Assembly: GCA_963718895.1 (NCBI GenBank)
Contig: CAVRAG010000007.1
Location: 352,001 to 416,000 of the forward strand
From: an uncultured Nitrososphaerota archaeon
GTDB lineage: Archaea; Thermoproteota; Nitrososphaeria; Nitrososphaerales; Gagatemarchaeaceae
Reading direction: 5' to 3'
DNA length: 64,000 nt
Each line of letters begins with the position of its first letter. Positions within the stretch are counted from its first letter, which is position 1. Of the stretch, positions 1-9,402 are shown piece by piece. The notes under the pieces are model-generated. The model ran no database searches, had not been told where the DNA came from, and was given only the letters and a program-made list of their open reading frames with translations. A program made the translations under genes and the position numbers.

Positions 1-150
1 CACAAAGCCCGTCAGCTCCTGCTGGAGGTCCAACCCCATCTGCGAGGACACGTCGGCGAGGACCGCTGACGCCCCCTCCTCCCCGTCCATCTTCCTTGCA
101 AGGATGTCGAACGGTCTCTCTGGCACGGGCGGCGCTCTGTGGAGATCCAT
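1..150 (-). CDS. Partial hypothetical protein (5' end only; runs off the window)
   Basis: Manual translation from ATG at 150: MDLHRAPPVPERPFDILARKMDGEEGASAVLADVSSQMGLDLQQELTGFV, open to the window edge; AT-rich box at about 177-187 upstream. Confidence 0.5.
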   Translation of the reverse strand, partial: MDLHRAPPVPERPFDILARKMDGEEGASAVLADVSSQMGLDLQQELTGFV

Positions 151-260
151 CTTCTTCGAGTCAAGATGATTCGTGGCCTATTTTAGGAGCACCCGAGAGT
201 CGGGGAGAGCGCCGGGAGGGCCCTTCGACGAGCCGGCCTAAGGCGAGGCCCACAAGCAGC

Positions 261-1178
261 CTAGCCTACCTGTCTCACGGCGTCCTCGAGCGAAGAGGAG
301 TTCCCGAGCACCACGGCCTTGACGTCCCCGTCGGGGTTGTAGATGATGAAGTCATGGGAGGCGAAGTAGTCGTGCTTCATAGTGGGCAGCTGGGCGCTGG
401 CCGTGGCGGCGTCGGCGAAGCGGACGACGAACGAGGTCTGCACGTAGTTCTGGAGAGGGTCGACGGAGATCAGGGTGAGTTCACCCGTGCTTACCAGTCC
501 GGCGTAGTTCTGTATCCCCAGGGCGAAGTGATTCGTCGCGCCCCCGACGGTGTACAGGAGCTGCGGGATGCTCGTGAAAGAGATCATCTGAGGGATCGTG
601 CTGTTCACCGAGTCGAACGCGATGTCCAGGGTCTGCTCGCCGGTGACCTGTCCGGGGCTGAAGGCAAGGGCGTCCTGAACCGGGAAGAGCCCCGCCCAGC
701 TCAGCTCTTCCGTCCCGCCCGAGGCGTCGGTTATGTTGTAGAGCGAGGCTGCCCCTCCGTCCTGCTTCTGCCCCGGTGCGATGAACGCCGAGGAGATCCG
801 AGCGAACGACGAGGGCTTCAAGAAGAGGACGTCGTAGGTCGAGTTCGGGACGGCGACCTCGACGTCGAGGCTGTAGACGACGTCGGAGTTCCGCACCACC
901 GAGGACGGGTCCGTCATGTTGAGAAGGACGGCCGAGTTGGGAAGTATGGTCTGGTTCGCGTCCCTGATCATCGTGAAGTTCTCGAACCCCATCTGAAGGG
1001 CGATGGCCGGGACGAAGGGCCCCCAGGGGGCAGAGTAGGGGCGAAGACTTCCGGGTATCGTCTGGGTCGTCACCTGAGAGGGTGGGGTCTCGTAGACTGC
1101 CAAGAAGAGCAGGACCAGAGCCAAAAGGGTGGCGACGAACGAGTAGAGGAAGGCTCTGGAACGTCGCCTCTTCTTCAA
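261..1178 (-). CDS. Hypothetical membrane-anchored/secreted protein
   Basis: 305 aa ORF with basic N-terminus plus hydrophobic helix (MKKRRRSRAFLYSFVATLLALVLLFLAV) and several N-x-S/T sequons. Confidence 0.75.
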   Translation of the reverse strand: MKKRRRSRAFLYSFVATLLALVLLFLAVYETPPSQVTTQTIPGSLRPYSAPWGPFVPAIALQMGFENFTMIRDANQTILPNSAVLLNMTDPSSVVRNSDVVYSLDVEVAVPNSTYDVLFLKPSSFARISSAFIAPGQKQDGGAASLYNITDASGGTEELSWAGLFPVQDALAFSPGQVTGEQTLDIAFDSVNSTIPQMISFTSIPQLLYTVGGATNHFALGIQNYAGLVSTGELTLISVDPLQNYVQTSFVVRFADAATASAQLPTMKHDYFASHDFIIYNPDGDVKAVVLGNSSSLEDAVRQVG

Positions 1179-1240
1179 CGGTTATCCTGCCGATGGCTTT
1201 CAGATGATTTTATAAGTCTTGGAGCAGGATTTGGGGCTCG

Positions 1241-1594
1241 ATGAACTGGTTCACGCAGGCCGCGAAGGACTCACTCGCCGAAATGGCCATCATCAACCTC
1301 ATCAACCTCCCCATATCGCTGGGCATAGGTTACTACCTCGCCGTGAGCGTCCTTGCCGTCTTCGGGCTCGTGGTCCTTCTCGAGGCGACCGCGCTGATGT
1401 TCATCGGCGGAGCGATGGACCTCAGCATGAGCGCAGGTTCGGCGGCTCTCGCCAAGCTATTGAATCAGAAGCCGGACAAGGGTCTGGAGGGCGACGTCGC
1501 GAGAAGGAAGAGGTTCCGGCGCGCGGTCGTCTTCGTGATGACGGGCGTCTTTCTCCTTGCAGAGTCTCTGGCTCTCGCGTTGCCTTTTGTCTGA
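1241..1594 (+). CDS. Small membrane protein (about 3 TM helices)
   Basis: 117 aa hydrophobic ORF, divergent from 261..1178 across TTTTATAAG at about 1208-1216. Confidence 0.7.
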   Translation: MNWFTQAAKDSLAEMAIINLINLPISLGIGYYLAVSVLAVFGLVVLLEATALMFIGGAMDLSMSAGSAALAKLLNQKPDKGLEGDVARRKRFRRAVVFVMTGVFLLAESLALALPFV

Positions 1595-1615
1595 AGCTAA
1601 AAAGTGGGGTGGTCT

Positions 1616-4306
1616 CTAGCTAACCTTAGGCCTTCTCATCGAAAGCACTATAGCTATGAGACCCAGAATTATTGCGACTGCTAGAGCTGCGTAGGCTACT
1701 GTGGTCAGTGTGTTGACCGTGGAGTTGAGGTTGTTGACGGTTGTCTGAAGATTGGAGACGCTTCCCGCGAGTGCGGTGACGTTCCCTTCATCAGCTGTCT
1801 GGGCCGCCTGGATTGCTGCCAGGGACTTGCCCGTCGTAGACGTGGAGTTCGCCAATGCTGCGTCGATGTTGTTCACCAGGGATTGGATGACGGTACCGAA
1901 GGACCCGACCGTCAGTGAGCTCGTAGGACCGAACTGTGGGTCGGTCGCGTTGAGAGCCGTTCCTAGGCTCGCCGCGAGTCCTCCCAAGGCAACTCCTCCG
2001 GACTTCGGAGAGGCTGTCTCGTTGTAGAGCTGTTGGTTGATCAGGGTTGCGTTGCTGAACGACCCCTGTTCGAGCGAGGTCCACGGGATGCCCGTGAAGA
2101 GCGTCCTGTAGTAGACCTGACCGGTCACAGTCGGGGTGTACCCGATGGTGTAGGCACCGGTGCCTGGTATGGTGTCGGTGAAAGCGACATCAGTCCAGAC
2201 CTTGTTGTCGGTGCTCTGCTGCAGCAGGACGGCGAATCCGCCGCTGCTGTAGGAGATCGATGGGCTTGTCGAGAACGTGCCCGCGAGGGTGAACGTGTTG
2301 CCGAGGAGGAACGAGGGCACTGTGATGCCGCTGATGGTCGGAGGCGTTATCGTCGGGATTGTTCCGCCGGTTGTGGGTGGGGCGACTCCTGTCTTGTAGC
2401 CCGCTGCTGCAAGGAAGGAGAGAGCCTGTTGGACGTTGTAGGGGTCCGCCTGGATGCTTGGAGTGTATGCCCAAGTGAAGCTCGGGCTGACCTGGGTGAT
2501 TCCCGGTGCAGCGAGACCCTGCAAGAGGTTCTGGATGATCTGGGACCTAGGCACGAGGTAGCTCATGGCTTCCCTCACATTCATGGCTGCGAACGCAGCC
2601 TTTGAGGGGTTGCTTGTACCTAGAGGTGTGCCGGTGCCCGTGCCGAAGTACGGGTTGTGCAGGTTCAATCCCATCTCCTGGAACCCTGAGCTCGGATCGA
2701 CGCTGACTGTGCTGTATCCGCCGATGGACGAGATCTCAGCGATGTCGTCGTTGTTGAAGGTGTACTGCCCATCCATCATGTTGACCTGTCCGTTCTTGAA
2801 CGCTGCGATCGCAGAGTCCTTCCCGGCGATGTAGTCAACGTGGATGGTCTGGATGCCGAACTCGCCGATCTTCTGGAGGCCCGTTGCGTTCCAGTAGCTG
2901 CCGAACCTCACCAAGGTTCCGACTCCGGCGGTGGTGTCGTAGCCTCTGTACATGTACGGACCATCACCGACCGGGCCATATGCCCAGGCATAGCTGCCGT
3001 TCCCGCCGTACCTGGTAGTGCTCCAGGTAACGGTAGTTGGCTTGTTCTGCAGTGTGCTGAAGTAGGCCGTTGCCCACCCGCTGAAGGGTACCTTCTCGTA
3101 GAGGTGCATTGGAAGGGCACCGATTCCCGTCAGTGTCGGGTCGGTGAACGAGTACGCTGCTGGCATGGTGAAGGTGAACGTGGTAGCGCTGGTAGAGGTG
3201 TAGGTCGAGGTGGCCACGAAGCCGCTTGGCTGGGTGTGGAAGTAGGTCCCATTGACCGTGTACCTGGTCGTGCCGTTGAGCAGGGTGAACTTGGTGTTCA
3301 GCCCCAGAAGGGTCTGGTAGGTACCCAGGTTGACCGAGCCCGTCGACGAGACGAGGTTCGCAATCATGTCGAAGAGGTAGTCGTCGGAGGTCACCGCTAC
3401 GCCATCCCAGAAGGTGTGTGGCGCGAACGAGACCGTCCATGTAAGGTGGTCGGACGACGAGGTTATGCTTGTCGCAAGCCCGTCGAAGTACTCGGTGTTG
3501 GTTGGGTTCAGCTCTTCGAGACCCGCAGCGGCCATGCCGTACAGGTACCTGTTGTAGATGGAGTTCGAGGTGCTGGTTGGAAGCTCGTTGACTGAGTTGA
3601 TGTCACCCGTCTCGGCGATGTTAAGGACCGCGTTCGTGGACGGCTGCCCGTTCGACCCCAGCACCTTGAAGTGCTGGACGTCTTGGCCCGTCACGGACTC
3701 GGTGTAGGTCTTCTGCTGGTTCCAGGGGTAGATGTTGGACGCGAAGCCTGTTACCAGGGCCGGGTATTCAATCACGAGCGTCGGCCTCTGCTGCGCGATG
3801 ATGGCGTTCATCTCCTGCGCAAGAGTCTGCCGAGTCGCCTGCGAGAATGAAGCGGCGTACTGGTTGGCAAGCGCGTCGTAGGTCGCGTTGGAGAAGCCCA
3901 TGTAGTTGTTGCCGTTCGGCGCGAAGTCGTCCGTCCTGTAGTTCAGCACGTTGTTGGTGCCGAAGTCAGGTAGTGGAGTCCCTCCACCGAAGCCGATGAA
4001 CAGAGCGTCAAACCCGCCGTCATTGTAGTTGGGTCCCGGCGCCGTGCCGAACGCACGGTTGATCAGGGTCCCAAAGTCGGTGAAGATCAGGTTCACGCCG
4101 ATGTTGGCTGACTCGAACGAGCTCGCGATGATGGATGCCCACTGACGTCTCACCGGGTTAGAGGTGGGGGCAATCAGTGTGAATGAGAAGTACGTTTGTC
4201 CCGCCGCTGTCGCCGCGGGGATTGGAACTGCCGAGAAGATGAGGATGAATGATATTGCTGCTAGAATAGCTCCTGTCGCACTGTCTTCCATTACGGAAGA
4301 TTTCAT
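1616..4306 (-). CDS. Peptide/oligopeptide ABC transporter substrate-binding protein (family 5) with C-terminal stalk and membrane anchor
   Basis: Family 5 signatures (TFWDGVAVTSDD, PVGDGPY, VREAMSYLVPR, YNVQQALSFLAAAG); signal peptide; C-terminal heptad-like segment and TM helix; follows oppBCDF. Start moved to ATG 4306, about 28 nt downstream of a TATA box at 4332-4339. Confidence 0.9.
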   Translation of the reverse strand: MKSSVMEDSATGAILAAISFILIFSAVPIPAATAAGQTYFSFTLIAPTSNPVRRQWASIIASSFESANIGVNLIFTDFGTLINRAFGTAPGPNYNDGGFDALFIGFGGGTPLPDFGTNNVLNYRTDDFAPNGNNYMGFSNATYDALANQYAASFSQATRQTLAQEMNAIIAQQRPTLVIEYPALVTGFASNIYPWNQQKTYTESVTGQDVQHFKVLGSNGQPSTNAVLNIAETGDINSVNELPTSTSNSIYNRYLYGMAAAGLEELNPTNTEYFDGLATSITSSSDHLTWTVSFAPHTFWDGVAVTSDDYLFDMIANLVSSTGSVNLGTYQTLLGLNTKFTLLNGTTRYTVNGTYFHTQPSGFVATSTYTSTSATTFTFTMPAAYSFTDPTLTGIGALPMHLYEKVPFSGWATAYFSTLQNKPTTVTWSTTRYGGNGSYAWAYGPVGDGPYMYRGYDTTAGVGTLVRFGSYWNATGLQKIGEFGIQTIHVDYIAGKDSAIAAFKNGQVNMMDGQYTFNNDDIAEISSIGGYSTVSVDPSSGFQEMGLNLHNPYFGTGTGTPLGTSNPSKAAFAAMNVREAMSYLVPRSQIIQNLLQGLAAPGITQVSPSFTWAYTPSIQADPYNVQQALSFLAAAGYKTGVAPPTTGGTIPTITPPTISGITVPSFLLGNTFTLAGTFSTSPSISYSSGGFAVLLQQSTDNKVWTDVAFTDTIPGTGAYTIGYTPTVTGQVYYRTLFTGIPWTSLEQGSFSNATLINQQLYNETASPKSGGVALGGLAASLGTALNATDPQFGPTSSLTVGSFGTVIQSLVNNIDAALANSTSTTGKSLAAIQAAQTADEGNVTALAGSVSNLQTTVNNLNSTVNTLTTVAYAALAVAIILGLIAIVLSMRRPKVS

Positions 4307-4370
4307 TTTCAAGTTTACGCACGTTCTGCCGTATTTATAGCTGTTTACGATGGGCAAATGGGCAGTATTC

Positions 4371-5366
4371 TTATGTGAATTTCTCGGCCAGATGACAGGC
4401 CACGAAGTGGTCCTTCTCCACTTCCCGGAGGGGGGGTTCCTGCTCCTTGCAGACATCGATGGCGTACGGGCAGCGCGGGTGGAACCTGCACCCGGACGGC
4501 GGGTTCACGGGACTCGGGACGTCACCCGCGAGGATTATCCTGTTGATCTGCCTGTCCGGGTCGGGGACCGGGACGGCGGAGAGGAGGGCGATGGTGTAGG
4601 GGTTCAGTGGCTTCTGGAACAAGGCGTCGCTCGGGGCATACTCGAAGATCTTGCCAAGGTACATCACGGCCACCTTGTTGCTGATCTGCCTCACCGAGCT
4701 CAGGTCGTGCGAGATGTAGAGGAAGGAGACCCCTGTCTTAGATTGGAGGTCTTCGAGGAGGTTGAGGATCTGGGCCCTGATGGAGACGTCGAGCGACGAC
4801 ACCGGCTCGTCGGCGACGATGAACTTAGGTTCGGTCGCCAGCGCTCTGGCGATTGATATCCTCTGTCGCTGTCCACCCGAGAACTCGTGCGGATACCGCT
4901 CGGCGTGGTACTCTTCGAGCCCGACAAGATTGAGGAGTCCGTAGACCTTCTCCTTCCACAGCCTCCTCTTCACGTGCCCGTGGATGACGAACGGCTCGCT
5001 TATGATGTCGAAGACGGTCATCCGCGGGTCGAGCGACCCGTAGGGATTCTGGAAGACCATCTGGATGTTCCTCCTCAGGTACCGCGCCTCCTCGGTCTTC
5101 CCGCTCCTAAGCGTCTTGTAGAGGTCCTTGCCCTCGAAGAAGACGGTCCCCGAGTTCGGCTCTTCGAGGTTCATCATGGTCTTCCCGGCGGTGGTCTTCC
5201 CGCAGCCGCTCTCCCCCACCAACCCCAGGGTCTCACCCCGTTGTACCGTGAGCGAGATGTCGTCGACCGCGTGGACATCTCCGACCTTCTTCCTCAGGAG
5301 GATTCCGCGGTCGTAGACAGGGAAGTACTTCACCAGATGGTCGACCTTCAGGAGGGGCTCGTCCAT
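4371..5366 (-). CDS. oppF: Oligopeptide ABC transporter ATP-binding protein (OppF/DppF)
   Basis: Walker A GESGCGKT, signature FSGGQRQR, Walker B IVADEP, C-terminal CRFHPRC...C...ACH; ATG 5366 overlaps the upstream stop. Confidence 0.93.
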   Translation of the reverse strand: MDEPLLKVDHLVKYFPVYDRGILLRKKVGDVHAVDDISLTVQRGETLGLVGESGCGKTTAGKTMMNLEEPNSGTVFFEGKDLYKTLRSGKTEEARYLRRNIQMVFQNPYGSLDPRMTVFDIISEPFVIHGHVKRRLWKEKVYGLLNLVGLEEYHAERYPHEFSGGQRQRISIARALATEPKFIVADEPVSSLDVSIRAQILNLLEDLQSKTGVSFLYISHDLSSVRQISNKVAVMYLGKIFEYAPSDALFQKPLNPYTIALLSAVPVPDPDRQINRIILAGDVPSPVNPPSGCRFHPRCPYAIDVCKEQEPPLREVEKDHFVACHLAEKFT

Positions 5367-6355
5367 CAGTGCGTCAGCTCCTTCTCTAGGGAGAGGCTCT
5401 TCCAGTTGTGGCACGAGACAAGGCTGTTACCGGCGGGCTCCACCTGGGGGACGACCTCCTTGCATATGTCGGTGGCGTACGGGCAGCGCGGGTGGAACCT
5501 GCACCCGGACGGCGGGTTTATCAGGTTGGGGATGTTCCCTCCTATCGGCGCCAGGGCCGACTTCCTGTCGATCCGCGGAACCGCCTTGAGCAGCGCAACG
5601 GTGTAGGGGTGCTTGGGCTCATAGAAGATCGACCTGGTATCGGCGATCTCGGCGACCCTTCCAGCGTAGAGGACGACGACCTTCTTGGTCGTCTCGGCTA
5701 TCACGCCCATGTCGTGCGTGATCATGATGAGACTCATGTCGAGGTCCTTCTGGAGCACCTTCAGGAGTTCGAGCAGCTGGGCCTGTATCGTCACGTCGAG
5801 GTTGGTCGAAGGCTCGTCGGCGATCAGGATCTCTGGCTCACCCGCGAGGGCCCTGGCTATGGCCACCCTCTGTCTCATGCCACCCGAGAGCTCGTGGGGG
5901 TACGCCCTCATCCTAGCCTCTGGCTCAGAGATGCGTACGAGCCCCAGGATCTTCGTGGCCTTGTCGAAGGCGACGTCTTTGGATACGTCCGAATGGGTGC
6001 GGATGACCTCCGTGATCTGCGAACCCACAGAGAGGAGCGGGTTCAGGGAAGTGTTCGGGTCCTGGGTCACGTAGGCTATCTTCCTCCCCCTGATCTTCCG
6101 CAACTCCTTCTCTTTCATTCCGACCAGGTTCACGCCGTTGAAGACCACCTTGCCGCTCACTATCTTTCCGGGCCTCGGGATTATCCCGAGAATGGACAGG
6201 GCGGTGATCGTCTTCCCGGAGCCTGACTCTCCGACCAGACCAAGCGGCTCCTTGCGGTTGAGCTCGAAGGAGACTCCGTCCACGGCCTTAACCACTCCTG
6301 CCTCCGTGAAGAAGTACGTCCTCAGGTCCTCGACTGAGAGCAGTGTCTCGGGCAT
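5366..6355 (-). CDS. oppD: Oligopeptide ABC transporter ATP-binding protein (OppD/DppD)
   Basis: GESGSGKT, LSGGMRQR, LIADEP, ITHD, C-terminal CRFHPRC motif. Confidence 0.93.
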   Translation of the reverse strand: MPETLLSVEDLRTYFFTEAGVVKAVDGVSFELNRKEPLGLVGESGSGKTITALSILGIIPRPGKIVSGKVVFNGVNLVGMKEKELRKIRGRKIAYVTQDPNTSLNPLLSVGSQITEVIRTHSDVSKDVAFDKATKILGLVRISEPEARMRAYPHELSGGMRQRVAIARALAGEPEILIADEPSTNLDVTIQAQLLELLKVLQKDLDMSLIMITHDMGVIAETTKKVVVLYAGRVAEIADTRSIFYEPKHPYTVALLKAVPRIDRKSALAPIGGNIPNLINPPSGCRFHPRCPYATDICKEVVPQVEPAGNSLVSCHNWKSLSLEKELTH

Positions 6356-6359
6356 GGTC

Positions 6360-7253
6360 TTACTCCCTCAACCGCGGGTTGAGCGCGTCAGACAGGCCGT
6401 CGCCGAGGAGGTTGAAACCCAGCACGCAGAAGACGACCGCGAGCCCGGGGAAGACCGAGACCCACCACTGCGTCCGCAGCACGTCGAATCCCTCCTCGAG
6501 GAGGAGACCCCAGGTCGAAGTGCTCGGCGACCCGAACCCCAGGAAGCTGATCACTACCTCGGTGAGGATGTTCCCGGCTATGGCCAGGCTGGCGAAGACG
6601 ACCAGGGGCGACATGATGTTCGGGATTATGTGCCTGAACAATATCCGGCTCGTGCTGGCGCCCAGGCCCTTCTCGGCTTGGATGAACTCGTACTCCTTCA
6701 CCCTCAGAATCTCTCCTCTGACGATGTAGGCTATCCCCGGCCACCCAAACAGGCCTAGGATGAGCATGATCAGGGTGAGGCCGAAACCTTCTCCAACCAA
6801 GACCTGGCCCAGCTTAGCGAATACGAGGATGAGGATGAGCAGAGGGATGACCAGGACCGCCTGCGTCACTCCGTAGAGGACGGAGCTTATGATGCCACCC
6901 CGGTAGCCGGCAAGTCCCCCGACGACCAACCCGATGGCGAGGGAGATGGCGGTCGCCCCGAGGCCGACGTACATGTCGTTGAACGTGCTGTGCAGGATCT
7001 CGCTGAAGATGTCAATCCCCGAGTTCTCCGTGCCAAGCGGGTGCGCCCAGTTCACGAACGGAGGCAGGTTCGCGCAGCCGTTGAGGATGCAGGCATAGCT
7101 CCGCGCCGGGTAGGGGGCCGCAAAGGTACCCCACAGACCCATGAACACGAAGACTCCGATGATTACCGCTCCCGCTATGCCGGACTTGTTCCGTCTGAAC
7201 CTTCTCCACGCGACCGCTACCCCGCTCGCAGACCTACGAGGGGGGGCACTCAA
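6360..7253 (-). CDS. oppC: Oligopeptide ABC transporter permease (OppC/DppC)
   Basis: WRRFRRNK N-terminus, HPLGT, EAA loop (EFIQAEKGLGAS), HIIPN, GFNLLGDGL...NPR. Confidence 0.92.
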   Translation of the reverse strand: MSAPPRRSASGVAVAWRRFRRNKSGIAGAVIIGVFVFMGLWGTFAAPYPARSYACILNGCANLPPFVNWAHPLGTENSGIDIFSEILHSTFNDMYVGLGATAISLAIGLVVGGLAGYRGGIISSVLYGVTQAVLVIPLLILILVFAKLGQVLVGEGFGLTLIMLILGLFGWPGIAYIVRGEILRVKEYEFIQAEKGLGASTSRILFRHIIPNIMSPLVVFASLAIAGNILTEVVISFLGFGSPSTSTWGLLLEEGFDVLRTQWWVSVFPGLAVVFCVLGFNLLGDGLSDALNPRLRE

Positions 7254-8221
7254 TGTAGTCTGACCCTCGGATCAAGGTAGGCGTAGAAGAAGTCGGTGCC
7301 CAGGTTCGCGATCAGAGCGATGACGGTGATGAGCATCGTGATGCCTTGGACGGTCGTCAGGTCCAGCACGTTAGCAGCCTGGACGAACCTGAACCCCAGC
7401 CCAGGCCAGCTGAAGGTCGTCTCGAGCGCCGGTGCCCCTGCCAGCGCGAGAGCGAACGTCAGTCCGACTATGGTGACCACAGGTGTGATCGCGTTCCTCA
7501 GGGCGTGCCTGTACGTGATTGACCTGTCCGAGATTCCGCAGGCCTTCGCGGCGAGGATGTAGTCCTGCCTCAGGGTTTCCAGCATGTTCGCCCTTACAAT
7601 CCTGGCTATCACCGCGACCGAGACTATCGTCAGGACCGCCACGGGGAGAATCGCATGCGCGATGACGTCGAGGGTCGAGGACCCCCACCAATACGGCGGG
7701 TAGATTGAGTATGCGCCGTAAGAGGGAAGCCACCCCAGGTAGAGGGAGAAGACAATTATGAAGAGCTCCCCCAGCCAGAACGTTGGAAGGGATACGCCGA
7801 ATATGGCAGCGGTCGTGACGCCGTAATCGCTTTTCGAGTACTGGTGCTTGGCCGAGTAGACGCCCGCGGGAATCCCGATGGCGAGGCTCAGCCCCAGAGC
7901 AGAGAACTGCAGCTCGAGGGTCGTGGCGACCCAGGAGAAGACCGCCGTGTTTACGTTTCCGAACTGAGGCGAGTAACCGAGGTTCCCGGTCACGAAGTTC
8001 CCTAGCCAGAGGAAGTACCGGGCGTAGAGCGGCTTGTCGAGATTGTAGAACGCCCTGAGCGCGGCGAGCTGGGACGCTGAGAGGTTCTTGAACGAGAGCC
8101 TGATCAGGGAGAGGGGGTCACCGGCGGCGTTGGTAATCAGGAAGGTCACGATGGAGACCGCCAGGAATACTGGTATCATGAAAAGTATCCGGCGGATGAC
8201 GTAGACCCAGAGACCTGCCAT
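7250..8221 (-). CDS. oppB: Oligopeptide ABC transporter permease (OppB/DppB)
   Basis: YVIRRI, GNLGYS, QDYILAAKACG, HALRNA, ETTFSWPGLG, YAYLDPRVR. Confidence 0.92.
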   Translation of the reverse strand: MAGLWVYVIRRILFMIPVFLAVSIVTFLITNAAGDPLSLIRLSFKNLSASQLAALRAFYNLDKPLYARYFLWLGNFVTGNLGYSPQFGNVNTAVFSWVATTLELQFSALGLSLAIGIPAGVYSAKHQYSKSDYGVTTAAIFGVSLPTFWLGELFIIVFSLYLGWLPSYGAYSIYPPYWWGSSTLDVIAHAILPVAVLTIVSVAVIARIVRANMLETLRQDYILAAKACGISDRSITYRHALRNAITPVVTIVGLTFALALAGAPALETTFSWPGLGFRFVQAANVLDLTTVQGITMLITVIALIANLGTDFFYAYLDPRVRLH

Positions 8222-8270
8222 CTGGGAGGCGTCGCAACGTGTCAGCGATAATAAACATTTTTTCAGACGG

Positions 8271-8591
8271 TCACGCGACGGCCGGGGACGCCAGGGGCGT
8301 CGGTTCTGCCGAGGTCCGTCGCCTGAGGAGGGGCAGCAGGAGCGCGAGGTCGATTACGATGAGAGCCACGACCAGGACCTGAACCCAGTCGAGGGTCAGC
8401 TGGCCCGGGATGCGCGTGGACCCGTCGACCGCGGATGTGATGTAGAAGAACGGGTAGTAGGCCGTGGACGGCGTGAACCCGAGCTCCCTGAAGTACTGCA
8501 GCCGCCCGGCGTCGTCCTGGATGACGGCCCAGAGCATCGCCAGGATAACCAGGTTGGGGATGACTATCTTTGCGACGAGCTCAATCTTCAT
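8271..8591 (-). CDS. Small hypothetical membrane protein
   Basis: 106 aa with two hydrophobic segments; AT-rich box at about 8618-8631 upstream. Confidence 0.65.
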   Translation of the reverse strand: MKIELVAKIVIPNLVILAMLWAVIQDDAGRLQYFRELGFTPSTAYYPFFYITSAVDGSTRIPGQLTLDWVQVLVVALIVIDLALLLPLLRRRTSAEPTPLASPAVA

Positions 8592-8657
8592 CGGAAGTGC
8601 GCACCCCTCCGAGACTTACTTAAGACTTAACAAGAGACCCTTCGAAGAGTCGAGAGT

Positions 8658-9239
8658 TTGAGCGCTCCCTCGAAGGTCAGCCACGCCGCGGCGTACGCGG
8701 TCATCGTCCTCCTCCTCGTCGGGGCGACGGCCTTCCTCCTCAACAGCAGGATTGGGGGCGTCCAGGTCTACGATGTCTACCCCACCCCGAGCATGAGGCC
8801 GACCCTCGAGGTCGGCGACCTGGTCGTGGTACATGCCGTCCCCTACTCCGACATCAAGCTCGGTGACGTCATAGTCTACTCCCCGCCCATTCCGGGAGGA
8901 GGGTGCGTATCCGAGGTGATAGTCCACAGGGTCGTGAACATCACGAGCGCTGGGCTGATAACGCAGGGCGACAACAGGTTCACCAACCCCCGTCCCGACG
9001 AGCCTCTCAGCTGGCCTCCGGTTACTCCCGAGTGCGTGAAGGGCGTGGTCGTCGTATCGGTCCCCTTCCTTGGGAAGATCTCGGAGGCTTTCCCCCCGCC
9101 TCTCAACTACATCCTAGTTGCGGCCATCGTAGTCGTGATATTCGCGATGGAGCTCTTCAGCGGGAGCAAGGAAGAGGACAAGGAAGCGCAAACATCGAAA
9201 GCCGAGAGTCCTGCAAACAGTACAGGTCAGTCTGCGTGA
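8658..9239 (+). CDS. Signal peptidase I, ER/archaeal type (S26B, Sec11-like)
   Basis: Catalytic Ser box TPSMRPTL, VGD, IVHRV (His), TQGDN, flanking TM helices. Confidence 0.9.
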   Translation: MSAPSKVSHAAAYAVIVLLLVGATAFLLNSRIGGVQVYDVYPTPSMRPTLEVGDLVVVHAVPYSDIKLGDVIVYSPPIPGGGCVSEVIVHRVVNITSAGLITQGDNRFTNPRPDEPLSWPPVTPECVKGVVVVSVPFLGKISEAFPPPLNYILVAAIVVVIFAMELFSGSKEEDKEAQTSKAESPANSTGQSA

Positions 9240-9354
9240 GGAGCTTCATTGAACTTCGGAACCAGCGGTTCTCGAATCTGCCGCGGCCCTAGAGTTCTCT
9301 CGAACTGTCTGTCATCGGGTCGCAGTTTCCGGACAATCTAGGGGGCGGCCGTCC

Positions 9355-9377
9355 GGAGTATTTATACTCCTTATATA
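9355..9377 (+). promoter_or_regulatory. tbp promoter: TATA box with abutting inverted repeat
   Basis: GGAGTAT-TT-ATACTCC (9355-9370) immediately followed by TTATATA (9371-9377), about 26 nt before ATG 9403. Confidence 0.6.
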
Positions 9378-9402
9378 GGTGACCGATTCTCACGGGCGAC
9401 CA

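Noticed and set aside
188-260. Possible structured RNA between genes
   Set aside because: Only short GC-rich hairpins expected by chance; no tRNA, C/D box or riboswitch consensus.
1186-1215. Fluoride riboswitch (GCCGATGG...GATGA)
   Set aside because: Lacks the complementary stem and pseudoknot; the region is a short divergent promoter.
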